From positions 322,369 through 386,368 of the forward strand of contig CAVTZJ010000004.1 of the NCBI GenBank assembly GCA_963739205.1: a stretch of 64,000 nt of DNA, in the 5' to 3' direction. The position numbers and the translations under genes were made by a program. Below are positions 24,958 to 33,357 of this stretch, piece by piece; position 1 is the first letter of the stretch, and each line of letters opens with the position of its first letter. This stretch comes from an uncultured Pseudomonadota bacterium (GTDB taxonomy: Bacteria; Pseudomonadota; Gammaproteobacteria; Burkholderiales; SG8-39). Below the pieces are notes generated by a model. It saw nothing but the letters and a program-made list of their open reading frames with translations. It was not told the origin of the DNA and ran no database searches.

Positions 24958-27324
24958 TCACTTTATGCAGACGGTGCGCACTTCCTTGATGTGCGTCAGC
25001 CCCATGAGCGTCTTCTCGATGCCGTCCTGCTTGAGCGTGTGCATGCCTTCCTCCAGGCAGATCGCGAGCATCTCCGCAACGCGCGCGTGCTCCTGGATCG
25101 CCTTCTTCAGCCGGTCGCTCGCAATCAGCAGCTCGTGCAGTCCGAGGCGCCCCTTCATTCCACTGCCGCCGCAGGCATCGCAGCCCACCGGCTTGTACAG
25201 GGTAAGTTGCCCCTTCTCATTGCCGTAGTTCTTGACCCACTCCTTGTACACCGATTCCATTGCGCCCTTTGCGTCCTTCTTGAACGCTTCGGTGCTCATC
25301 AGCTCCTCGCAATACTCGTTCAGCAGCGATCTGAGTTCGTTCGCATCGGGCGTGTAGGCCTGCTTGCACTTGCTGCAGAGGCGCTTGGCGAGGCGCTGAG
25401 CAAGAACGCCGAGCAAGGCGTCCGCGAAGTTGAACGGGTCCATGCCCATGTCGAGCAGGCGGATGATCGACTCGGGCGCCGAGTTGGTATGCAGGGTGGC
25501 AAAAACCAGGTGGCCGGTGAGCGAGGCCTCGATGCCGAGCGAGGTCGTTTCCTTGTCGCGCATCTCGCCGACCATGATGATGTCCGGATCCGCGCGCAGG
25601 AACGCCTTCATGACGATGGAAAAATCCAGTCCGGCCTTCTTGTTGACCTGGACCTGGCGCAGCCCCTTCTGCGTGATCTCGACAGGGTCCTCGGCGGTCC
25701 AGATCTTGGTGTCGGGGGTATTCAAGTGCCCGAGCACTGAATGCAGCGTCGTCGTCTTGCCCGAGCCGGTCGGACCGCAGACGAAGAACAAGCCGTAGGG
25801 CTTCTCGACCGTCTTCTTGACGTTGTGGTAGTTACGATCTGTCAGGCCGAGCTTGTCCATCGGGATCGGCTCGCCGGCCGCCAGGATCCGCATGACGATG
25901 TCTTCGACCCCGCCCGCCGTTGGAATCGTGGCAACGCGCAGCTCGATATCGAGCGGTCCGAACTTCTTGAACTTGATCTTGCCGTCCTGAGGACGCCGCT
26001 TCTCGGAGATGTCCAAGTCGCACATGATCTTCAGGCGCGCGACGATCGCGTTGCGGTAGCTTGCGGGCACCTCGATGTACGGCCCGAGCGAACCGTCCTT
26101 GCGGAAACGCACCTCGGTCTTCGACTTTCCAGGATAGGGCTCGATGTGGATATCGGACGCGCCCTGATGGTATGCGTCGACGATGATCTTGTTCACCAGC
26201 TTGACCAGCTCGTTGTCGGCTGCGGCGGACACGTCGTCCGAGGCGCCCTCGATGTCGACGCTCTCGTCATCCAGCCCGGAGAGCAAGTCGTCGATGTTGC
26301 CCATGTCCACGGCTTCCTGGCCGTAGAACTGGGTCACTGTGTCCTTGAAGTCCTTGAGCGTGGCGACCTTGTAGACGATGCGCGCCTTGGGGAACACGTT
26401 CGACGCGATGCGCGAGCTGCGGATGCGCTCCGGATCGAGGCACATCACGACGAGACCTTCCTTGGAGTCGTCGATCGGAAGCCACTGGTTCGCTTCGACG
26501 TACTCGCGCTTGAGGTTCTTGAGCAGGTCCAGCGGCTTGACGCGGTCGGGCTTGAAAGCCTCGTAGGGCACGCCGAAGAACCTCGACAGCGCCTGACCGA
26601 TGGCGCTCAGCTTGACCTGGAACTCCTCGACCAGCACCGTCTCCACGTCGACCGCCTTCTTGCGCGCCTGACGCGACGCGAGATCGAACTCCCCCGCCGA
26701 TAACACTGCGTCAGCGATGAGATAGTCGTACTTCGTCTTGACGAGCTGGGGTTTCTGGCGCTGCTTGAAGGCGATCGCCAGCGTCTGCGAAAGCTCGGCT
26801 ACCCCGTCCTCGGCCAGTGCGCCAAAGGGTATCCCCGCCTTGTTGTTGATGATCTGGATGACGCCGATCAGGTCGACCGCGCCCTGCTCGATGATCGGGG
26901 CGACGAGCATCTGCTTGGTGCGGTAGCCGGTGCGCTTGTCCACCTCCTGCAGGAAGCGCAACGTGGGATTGATCGAGCGCAGCTCCATGTCATCGTAAAC
27001 GTCCTTGACGTTGATGATCTTCTTGGCAAGGGCGGCGTAGCCGGCGAGAGAGTGCTCGGCGATCGGAAGCTTTAGATCCTTGAAGGAATTCAGTCCGGTC
27101 TTGACCTTCGAAACGATCGCCTGCTTGTCCTCGCTCACCGAGTAAATCGTGAGGCGATCGGCATTGAACAGCGTGCAGATGTCGTTGCTGACCTCCAACA
27201 TGATCTCGTCGATGTTGCTGGTCGCGTGAATCTTGTTGGTGACAGCCTGCAGCTGCTTCTGGAACGCCAGACGAGCGTTGACGTCCGACTGCGAAGTGGC
27301 TTGATGGCTGAGTACAGCGCTCAT
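24958..27324 (-). CDS. GspE/PilB-family secretion ATPase with N-terminal GAF domain
   Basis: ATG 27324 is preceded by GGAGGAG. The first ~190 aa are GAF-like, followed by a T2SSE_N-like region. Walker A GPTGSGKTT. C-terminal CSKC...CDACGGSG tetracysteine motif. Confidence 0.85.
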   Translation of the reverse strand: MSAVLSHQATSQSDVNARLAFQKQLQAVTNKIHATSNIDEIMLEVSNDICTLFNADRLTIYSVSEDKQAIVSKVKTGLNSFKDLKLPIAEHSLAGYAALAKKIINVKDVYDDMELRSINPTLRFLQEVDKRTGYRTKQMLVAPIIEQGAVDLIGVIQIINNKAGIPFGALAEDGVAELSQTLAIAFKQRQKPQLVKTKYDYLIADAVLSAGEFDLASRQARKKAVDVETVLVEEFQVKLSAIGQALSRFFGVPYEAFKPDRVKPLDLLKNLKREYVEANQWLPIDDSKEGLVVMCLDPERIRSSRIASNVFPKARIVYKVATLKDFKDTVTQFYGQEAVDMGNIDDLLSGLDDESVDIEGASDDVSAAADNELVKLVNKIIVDAYHQGASDIHIEPYPGKSKTEVRFRKDGSLGPYIEVPASYRNAIVARLKIMCDLDISEKRRPQDGKIKFKKFGPLDIELRVATIPTAGGVEDIVMRILAAGEPIPMDKLGLTDRNYHNVKKTVEKPYGLFFVCGPTGSGKTTTLHSVLGHLNTPDTKIWTAEDPVEITQKGLRQVQVNKKAGLDFSIVMKAFLRADPDIIMVGEMRDKETTSLGIEASLTGHLVFATLHTNSAPESIIRLLDMGMDPFNFADALLGVLAQRLAKRLCSKCKQAYTPDANELRSLLNEYCEELMSTEAFKKDAKGAMESVYKEWVKNYGNEKGQLTLYKPVGCDACGGSGMKGRLGLHELLIASDRLKKAIQEHARVAEMLAICLEEGMHTLKQDGIEKTLMGLTHIKEVRTVCIK

Positions 27325-27423
27325 TCCGCTCCTCCGATGGCGGGTGCGTGCCGCAAACACGCGCGCGCGCCGGACGGGCATTGCCGCCGCGCACCCGCGC
27401 CAGGACGACTGGCTAGTAAACCT

Positions 27424-27452
27424 ATCCTAGCGTCTGCTATACGAACATTCAA
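27424..27452 (-). promoter_or_regulatory. Candidate sigma70 promoter for the ATPase / HD-GYP unit
   Basis: The minus strand reads TTGAAT, a 17-nt spacer, then TAGGAT. It lies ~95 nt upstream of ATG 27324, inside the only sizeable gap (174 nt) of this gene run. Confidence 0.4.
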
Positions 27453-27498
27453 CCGCAACCCCCCTGATTTTTAACATCCTTTTGCCGTTTTTGGCACT

Positions 27499-28581
27499 TT
27501 AGTCCCTCTTTTCCGCCGCCCACAGGCCGCCTTCCAGCAACCAGACCTTGAAACCGCGCTGGGCGAACAGAAATGCCGCCGCGGCACTACGCCGGCCGCT
27601 CTGGCAATAGACGACGTATTCCTTCGACTTGTCGAGCACCGCGAACATGTCGCGCACTTCGGACAATGGCACGTTGATCGCACCGGGCAGCTTGTCATAC
27701 TGGTACTCGGACGGATAGCGCACGTCCAGCCACACGGCGCCGCGCCGCACGCGCTCGCGCGCCTGCGCGAAATCGACCTTGCGCAGCAACGGCTCGCGCA
27801 GCAGCTCGTCGAAGTCCTTCTTTCCGAGTACCAGAAGATCGCAGTCGGTGAGCGCGACCACGGTGGCGTTGCGCTTGGCCTCCGAAACGAGGGACTCCTC
27901 GCCGAACGCGTCTCCGCCGCGCAGTTCGGCGAGCAGGACCTTCACGCCTCCGATCACGCGTTCGACCTGGCAGCGACCGGCCTCGATCACGTAGTAGCTA
28001 GTACCGTCGTCGCCTTCACGAATGATGGCCTCGCCGCGCCGCACTTTCTTACGCTCGAAGCGGCGCATGAGCTCGTCGATATGTGCAGGCGGCAGTTGAG
28101 CGAAGGCTCCGCCGCGCAAGTTGGCGAGCGAGAACACGCCCGAGATGAGCCGCGCATCGCTGCGGACCGCGCGCGCCATCGCCGAAGCGTCCTCGCTCTG
28201 ACCCGCGGCCACCTCGTCCCACGTGGCGAGGATGTCAAGCACCTCGTCGTCGATCACCAGTAGCTCCACTTCCGTGATCGCCTTGGTGCGGGTGAGTGGC
28301 GCGTCGCGCCTGTTGAGCGCGTGACGCGTGTCCTCAGTCCCGCCCACGACCACTTGCGTGCTGCCGTTTCGGAACACCAGCAGCAGTTCGCCGCGCAGCA
28401 AGAACATCGAGCGACCGGCGGTCGGGTATTCCTGCAGCGGATCCGCTCCCCGTGCACCGCGCTCGAGCACCGCCACCTCGGCAAGCTCCATCAGCCGCTC
28501 GGGCGACAAGGTGCCGAGCGGCACCAGTCCGGCAAGCTGTTCTGGGCTGGCTTTGGGGGCGCTTGCCGGAGTTACGCTCAC
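27499..28581 (-). CDS. Tandem cyclic-nucleotide-binding domains fused to a rhodanese domain
   Basis: The second CNB domain has the FGEESLVSEAKRNATVVA phosphate-binding cassette. C-terminal rhodanese with active-site loop CQSGRRS. GTG start 4 nt after the phosphodiesterase stop. Confidence 0.8.
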   Translation of the reverse strand: MSVTPASAPKASPEQLAGLVPLGTLSPERLMELAEVAVLERGARGADPLQEYPTAGRSMFLLRGELLLVFRNGSTQVVVGGTEDTRHALNRRDAPLTRTKAITEVELLVIDDEVLDILATWDEVAAGQSEDASAMARAVRSDARLISGVFSLANLRGGAFAQLPPAHIDELMRRFERKKVRRGEAIIREGDDGTSYYVIEAGRCQVERVIGGVKVLLAELRGGDAFGEESLVSEAKRNATVVALTDCDLLVLGKKDFDELLREPLLRKVDFAQARERVRRGAVWLDVRYPSEYQYDKLPGAINVPLSEVRDMFAVLDKSKEYVVYCQSGRRSAAAAFLFAQRGFKVWLLEGGLWAAEKRD

Positions 28582-28585
28582 GCGC

Positions 28586-29353
28586 TCAAAACTCGAATAC
28601 TTGGTTGTTCTGCAGCATGCGCGGGCGGAACTCGCCCGCGCACTCCTCGATCTCCTGCATCGTCAGCTCGATCTCGCCTGGCTTGAGATGAGTCACGTAA
28701 ATGTCCGCGCTACGCTCGAGTTTGGCCAGCTCCTCGGCCAACGTCTCGGGGCAAAGGTGCTTGGATACTTCGGCGAGCTGGCGCTCCTTGTTCGAAAACG
28801 CTGTCTCGACGATCAGGTATTTCAGGTTACGAATTCGGTTTACGACTTTCCACAACGCATTATTCGGTCCCGTGTCCCCCGTAAACACCAGGCTGGACTT
28901 ACCGCTATCCAGGTGATATCCGACCGCCGGCACCGTATGGTTGGCCGGTAGTGGCGTGATCTCCCTCCCGGCGATCGTGATCGTGTGCCCGACCTCGATC
29001 TCGTGGTAGCGCATGAACGGCGCGTCTGGGCTGGGGATCTCGGAAAAGTCCGGCCAGATCGCCCAATTGAACAGGTGGTTCCTCATGATTTCGATCGTGG
29101 CGCGGCTGGCATAAACGTTTATCGGTCGGGCCCGCATACCTCCCACGGTATCCACCACGAACGGGATGCTGGTCACGTGATCCAGGTGAGAGTGCGTGAT
29201 GAAAATATGGTCGACCAGCGAGAGCTCGGCGAGCGACAGGTCGCCCACTCCGGTCCCGGCGTCGAGCAGGATGTCGCTGTCGACCAGGAATGAGGTAGTG
29301 CGCAAGTGGCGCCCGCCTATGCCCCCGGAGCAGCCGAGCACACGGAGCCTCAT
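28586..29353 (-). CDS. Class II 3-prime,5-prime-cyclic-nucleotide phosphodiesterase (MBL fold)
   Basis: MRLRVLGCSGG... and the ITHSHLDHV signature. 255 aa. Confidence 0.8.
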   Translation of the reverse strand: MRLRVLGCSGGIGGRHLRTTSFLVDSDILLDAGTGVGDLSLAELSLVDHIFITHSHLDHVTSIPFVVDTVGGMRARPINVYASRATIEIMRNHLFNWAIWPDFSEIPSPDAPFMRYHEIEVGHTITIAGREITPLPANHTVPAVGYHLDSGKSSLVFTGDTGPNNALWKVVNRIRNLKYLIVETAFSNKERQLAEVSKHLCPETLAEELAKLERSADIYVTHLKPGEIELTMQEIEECAGEFRPRMLQNNQVFEF

Positions 29354-29363
29354 CGGGCTATGC

Positions 29364-31598
29364 CTATTTGGTCTCGAACTGAGTCACGCCGTCCCAGCCG
29401 GGATCTGGCGGATTGCGGCGGAATCCCTCGATGCGCTCGACGAATTTCGCATAAAGCTCGCTGCGCGTTCGCATACGCTGCAGGTTTAGGAGCGCGACCT
29501 CGGCTTGATCCCAGTCGCGCGCGCGGTAGTGCCGCAGGCACTGATTCCACAGCTTGAGCTCGTCGTGCATCGTCCTGTCCACGTCGCTGTCGAGACCGAT
29601 CGGCTCGAAGATTGCCACGGCTTCGTCTTTGCCCTTCACGCGCACGCGGTCCACCTCGCGGAACACGATGTCCCTCGCCGCGCGGCGCGTTTCCTCGCCG
29701 ACAAGAATGTCGACGCCGTACTCCTTGGTTATGCCTTCCAGCCGCGAGCCGAGATTCACCGGATCCCCCATCACGGTATAGGCCTTGCGTAGCTTCGATC
29801 CCATGTCCCCCACCCGCATGAGGCCCGAGTTGACCCCGATGCCGATATGGAACTCGGGCCAGCCCTTCGCCCGGAATTCCTCGTTCAGGGCCACAGCGCG
29901 CCGCTGCATCTCGAGGGCCGTGAGTACTCCGTGCCGGGCGTGATCCGCGTCCTCGACCGGGGCGCCCCAGAACGCCATGATGGCGTCCCCGATATATTTG
30001 TCTAGCGTACCGCGGTTACCTCTAATAACCAAGGACATCGCGGTGAGGTAGTCATTGATGTACGAGGACAGGTCTTTCGCGCTCAGGCTCTCGGAGATGG
30101 TGGTGAAGCCGCGCACGTCCGAAAACATCACCGTAAGCACTTCTTCGCGGCCTTCCATCGTGTACTTCTCTGGGTCTTCGGCCATGCGGTCGACCAGCTC
30201 AGGCGGCACGTACTGACCGAACAACTCGGTGAATTGGCGCCTGGAACGCGACTCGACGAAATAGCCGTACGCCATGTTCACGGTATAAAGCGTCACGATC
30301 ATCAGCAGCGACGCAGCGAGCGGCAGCACCATGCCAGCCTGCACCCATATGCCGAAATCCAGTCCGACGATGAGCGCGGCACCACTCACTGCCGCGACCG
30401 TCGCCCACAGCGCCGAAAGCAGGGGAACAACGATCGAGAGCGCAACCCCGCCGAGTACGAGCAGCACCACCTCGGCGCCGAGCATATACGGCGGCTTCTG
30501 CTTAAGACTGTGGTCGAGCATGCCCGCGATGAGGTTGGCATGCACCTCGACCCCGGGATACGCATTGCCGACCGGCGTCGAGCGCAAGTCGAGCAGCCCG
30601 GGCGCGGTAGTGCCGACCAGCGCAATTCGCCCCTCGAGCTGCTCGGGCTTGACGCGATCATGCAGCACGTCGGCGAGCGACACGTACGGGAAGCTGCCTT
30701 TGTCGCCGCGATAAGGCACCAGCGTGCTCGCGGTGTCGTCCACGGGAATCGTCAGTGACCCGACGCTCAGCCACTCGAAGCCCGTGTAACCCCGATGCAG
30801 CATCGACCCCGGCGCGAAGCCAGGCCGCACCGTCGGTAGCTTGCCGCCGTTTTGCTGCGCGATAAGCGTGCGCACCATCGCGAGCGAAAGCGATTCGTAG
30901 TAGGCGCCGTCGAAATCGACGATCATCGGCACTCTGCGCACGACGCCGTCGGAATCGAGCATCGGGTTGAAATGGCCGGCCGCCGCGGCACCCCTCTGCA
31001 GTTCGGGAAGATTCCCACCGTAACCCAGCCAGAGCGGAAAATCGATGTTGCGTCCGGCGAAAGTCCCCTTGGGCAAGACCGGATCGGGTATCGCCGCGAT
31101 ACGCTTGGCGTCGGCATCGCTGTTGAAGTAGTAGCCGAGCACCACCGGCCGCCCCTTGATCGCCCGAGCGAATTGCCCGTCGTAGTCGAGAGTCGGGCGC
31201 AGCTCGCGATACACGCGCTGAAATTCACCGTCCTGCCTAAGCTGCGTGTCGGCGAGCTGGTCGAGAGCGCGTATGCCCGACGAATAGTCGGCCTCCGCCC
31301 ACACCACGTCGAAGCCGACCTCAGCCACCTTGTACTTGTCGAACAACTTGTCGACGATCTCCGCCATGATGTTCCGCGGCCAGGGCCAATGGCCCACCTC
31401 CTGCAGGCTCTTCTCGTCGATATCCAGGATGACGATGCGCGGGTCGATGCCGCGCGGCATCGTCAGGCGCAGACGTGCGTCGTAGATGATGTTGTCGAGC
31501 TGACCGATCAGCCCGATGCTATAGAAGTGCGCGGCGTGTCCTACAAAGAACAGGGTGATGGCGAGACCGAGCGCAATGCGGAAGACGTGTTGCTTCAC
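29364..31598 (-). CDS. CHASE2-sensor class III adenylate cyclase (IIIb-like)
   Basis: GTG 31598 is preceded by AGGAGG; the track ORF starts at TTG 31682. A ~330-aa periplasmic CHASE2 region is followed by three TM helices. Cyclase core: FSDVRGFT, DKYIGDAIMAFWG, YTVMGDPVNLGSRLE. Confidence 0.85.
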   Translation of the reverse strand: MKQHVFRIALGLAITLFFVGHAAHFYSIGLIGQLDNIIYDARLRLTMPRGIDPRIVILDIDEKSLQEVGHWPWPRNIMAEIVDKLFDKYKVAEVGFDVVWAEADYSSGIRALDQLADTQLRQDGEFQRVYRELRPTLDYDGQFARAIKGRPVVLGYYFNSDADAKRIAAIPDPVLPKGTFAGRNIDFPLWLGYGGNLPELQRGAAAAGHFNPMLDSDGVVRRVPMIVDFDGAYYESLSLAMVRTLIAQQNGGKLPTVRPGFAPGSMLHRGYTGFEWLSVGSLTIPVDDTASTLVPYRGDKGSFPYVSLADVLHDRVKPEQLEGRIALVGTTAPGLLDLRSTPVGNAYPGVEVHANLIAGMLDHSLKQKPPYMLGAEVVLLVLGGVALSIVVPLLSALWATVAAVSGAALIVGLDFGIWVQAGMVLPLAASLLMIVTLYTVNMAYGYFVESRSRRQFTELFGQYVPPELVDRMAEDPEKYTMEGREEVLTVMFSDVRGFTTISESLSAKDLSSYINDYLTAMSLVIRGNRGTLDKYIGDAIMAFWGAPVEDADHARHGVLTALEMQRRAVALNEEFRAKGWPEFHIGIGVNSGLMRVGDMGSKLRKAYTVMGDPVNLGSRLEGITKEYGVDILVGEETRRAARDIVFREVDRVRVKGKDEAVAIFEPIGLDSDVDRTMHDELKLWNQCLRHYRARDWDQAEVALLNLQRMRTRSELYAKFVERIEGFRRNPPDPGWDGVTQFETK

Positions 31599-31678
31599 GC
31601 GGCCTCCTGCGCTCGCGTCATGGCCGTGGCCGGGGACGCGCTGGCGGTGTGATCGAGGAGTTGGCCTGTTGGCCGACC

Positions 31679-32509
31679 TCAACTCTTGAGAAAGTACTCC
31701 ATCTTCACGCCCGCGATCTCGATGACATCATGATCCTTGAGCGCGTGCGGCGAAGAGCCGATCGATTGCCCGTTCACGGTAGGATGCTGCGCGCCCTCCA
31801 CGTGCGTTATGTAGTAGCCGTGTGGACGGCGCGTCAGGACCGCGACCTGTGTCCCGGGCTTGCCTAGCGTGGTCAGAGGCTTGATCAGCTCGAGCTCCTT
31901 TCCGGCATTCCCGCCGGAAAGGATCTGAATCGCTCCCAGCGGCTGCGCAGCCTTCGCTGCCTGCGGCACCGAAGCCGTTGTCACCGGTTCCGGCCTGGAC
32001 GCTGTCCCGGCGCCGATTGCCGCCGAGGCCACCTGCTGCGCGGCCACCGCGCGCATCGCCTCGGCCGCCGCCGGCTTGGGCTGCGAATGGGTGCCTTCGG
32101 CCGAGGGCGTCGTCGACGCAGGAGCCATCGCTCGCGCCTGCTCGGCCGCGATTTTCATCGCCGAGGGGCGCAACACCATCGTCTTCTCGAAATCGGCTGC
32201 GCTGGCGCCGACCGGTTGCCCGGCCTCCGCGATGTACTTGAGCTTGTACTTGCCCAGCTCGATCACATCGTTGCCTTGCAGGAAGTGCTTCTTGACGCTG
32301 CTGCCGTTCACCATCGTTCCGTTCGTGCTACCCAGGTCCTCGAGGAACGAATCGTTCATGATCGTCACGATCACAGCATGCTCGCCGCTTACCGCCAGGT
32401 TGTCGATCTGGATGTCGTTGTGCGGTTTGCGGCCGATGGTGGTGCGTTCCTTGACCAAGGGGATTTCCTTGAGCACCAGCCCGTCCATGCTGAGTATCAG
32501 TTTCGCCAT
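31679..32509 (-). CDS. Protein with two FHA domains joined by an Ala/Pro-rich linker
   Basis: N-terminal TTIGRKPHNDIQIDNLAVSGEHAVI...STNGTMVNG. The C-terminal second FHA-like module is LTTLGKPGTQVAVL...TVNGQSI. Confidence 0.85.
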   Translation of the reverse strand: MAKLILSMDGLVLKEIPLVKERTTIGRKPHNDIQIDNLAVSGEHAVIVTIMNDSFLEDLGSTNGTMVNGSSVKKHFLQGNDVIELGKYKLKYIAEAGQPVGASAADFEKTMVLRPSAMKIAAEQARAMAPASTTPSAEGTHSQPKPAAAEAMRAVAAQQVASAAIGAGTASRPEPVTTASVPQAAKAAQPLGAIQILSGGNAGKELELIKPLTTLGKPGTQVAVLTRRPHGYYITHVEGAQHPTVNGQSIGSSPHALKDHDVIEIAGVKMEYFLKS

Positions 32510-32525
32510 AGCTCACCCCAAGGGG

Positions 32526-33350
32526 TTATTTTAACCATGCAAGGAACTTGGCCATAACGCCGCGAGCGGCGGGATACTCCCGCAGGACGCGCACGAGTAT
32601 AACCGAAACGTTGTCGCGACCGCCGTTGTCGTTGGCCATCTGTACGAGCTGCTGCGCAGCGAGATTTAGGTTCGCGCCCAGCGCCTGCAGTGCCATGCCG
32701 ATATCCTCGTCGCTCACCATGTCGCACAGGCCATCCGAGCAAAGAAGGTAGATATCGCCCGGCTTGCAAGCGTGCTCGTGAATCTCGGGCTCGATACCCA
32801 GATCAATGCCCAAAGCGCGGGTGACGAGATTCTTGTGCTGCGCGGTCTTCGCCTGCTCGGCGGTGAGCAACCCCGAATCGATCTGCTCCTGCAGCAGCGA
32901 GTGATCGCGCGTGAGCTGCTCGAACTGCTCGCCGCGCAGCCGGTAGAGCCGCGAGTCGCCTAGGTGCGCGACCATGACGCGGTTGTCGTAGAAGAGGCAA
33001 GTCACCAGCGTCGTGCCCATGCCGGCGTATTGGGGCTGGCTCTGCGCCGCCTGGTAGATGGAGGCGTTCGCGCTCAGCACCTGCTCGCGCAGCAGGCGCT
33101 CGGCGATCGGACGGTCGGTCTTGGGGTCGATCTCGTACGGCTGCAAGTCGCGCAGCGCACTCGCGAGCTCTGCGGTGATGACCGTGGTTGCCATGCCGGC
33201 AGCCACTTCGCCCGCGTTGTACCCGCCCATTCCGTCGGCGAGTACGGCAATGCCGTGCGCCGCGTCCGTGGCCACCGCGTCCTCGTTGTGCGAGCGCACC
33301 ATCCCGGGGTCGGTCGAGCTGGCGATTTCGAGGACGTGGCTCAGGTCCAT
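32526..33350 (-). CDS. PP2C-family Ser/Thr protein phosphatase
   Basis: Internal ATG 33350. DPGMVRSHNEDA, LADGMGG, LCSDGL and DNVSVILV motifs. Confidence 0.88.
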   Translation of the reverse strand: MDLSHVLEIASSTDPGMVRSHNEDAVATDAAHGIAVLADGMGGYNAGEVAAGMATTVITAELASALRDLQPYEIDPKTDRPIAERLLREQVLSANASIYQAAQSQPQYAGMGTTLVTCLFYDNRVMVAHLGDSRLYRLRGEQFEQLTRDHSLLQEQIDSGLLTAEQAKTAQHKNLVTRALGIDLGIEPEIHEHACKPGDIYLLCSDGLCDMVSDEDIGMALQALGANLNLAAQQLVQMANDNGGRDNVSVILVRVLREYPAARGVMAKFLAWLK

Positions 33351-33357
33351 GTGCGCC

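Noticed and set aside
31599-31682. TTG start at 31682 for the cyclase, which would overlap the FHA gene stop.
   Set aside because: The added 28 residues are Arg/Pro/His-rich. GTG 31598 has an AGGAGG five nt upstream and begins right before the first TM helix. The longer form cannot be excluded without N-terminal data.
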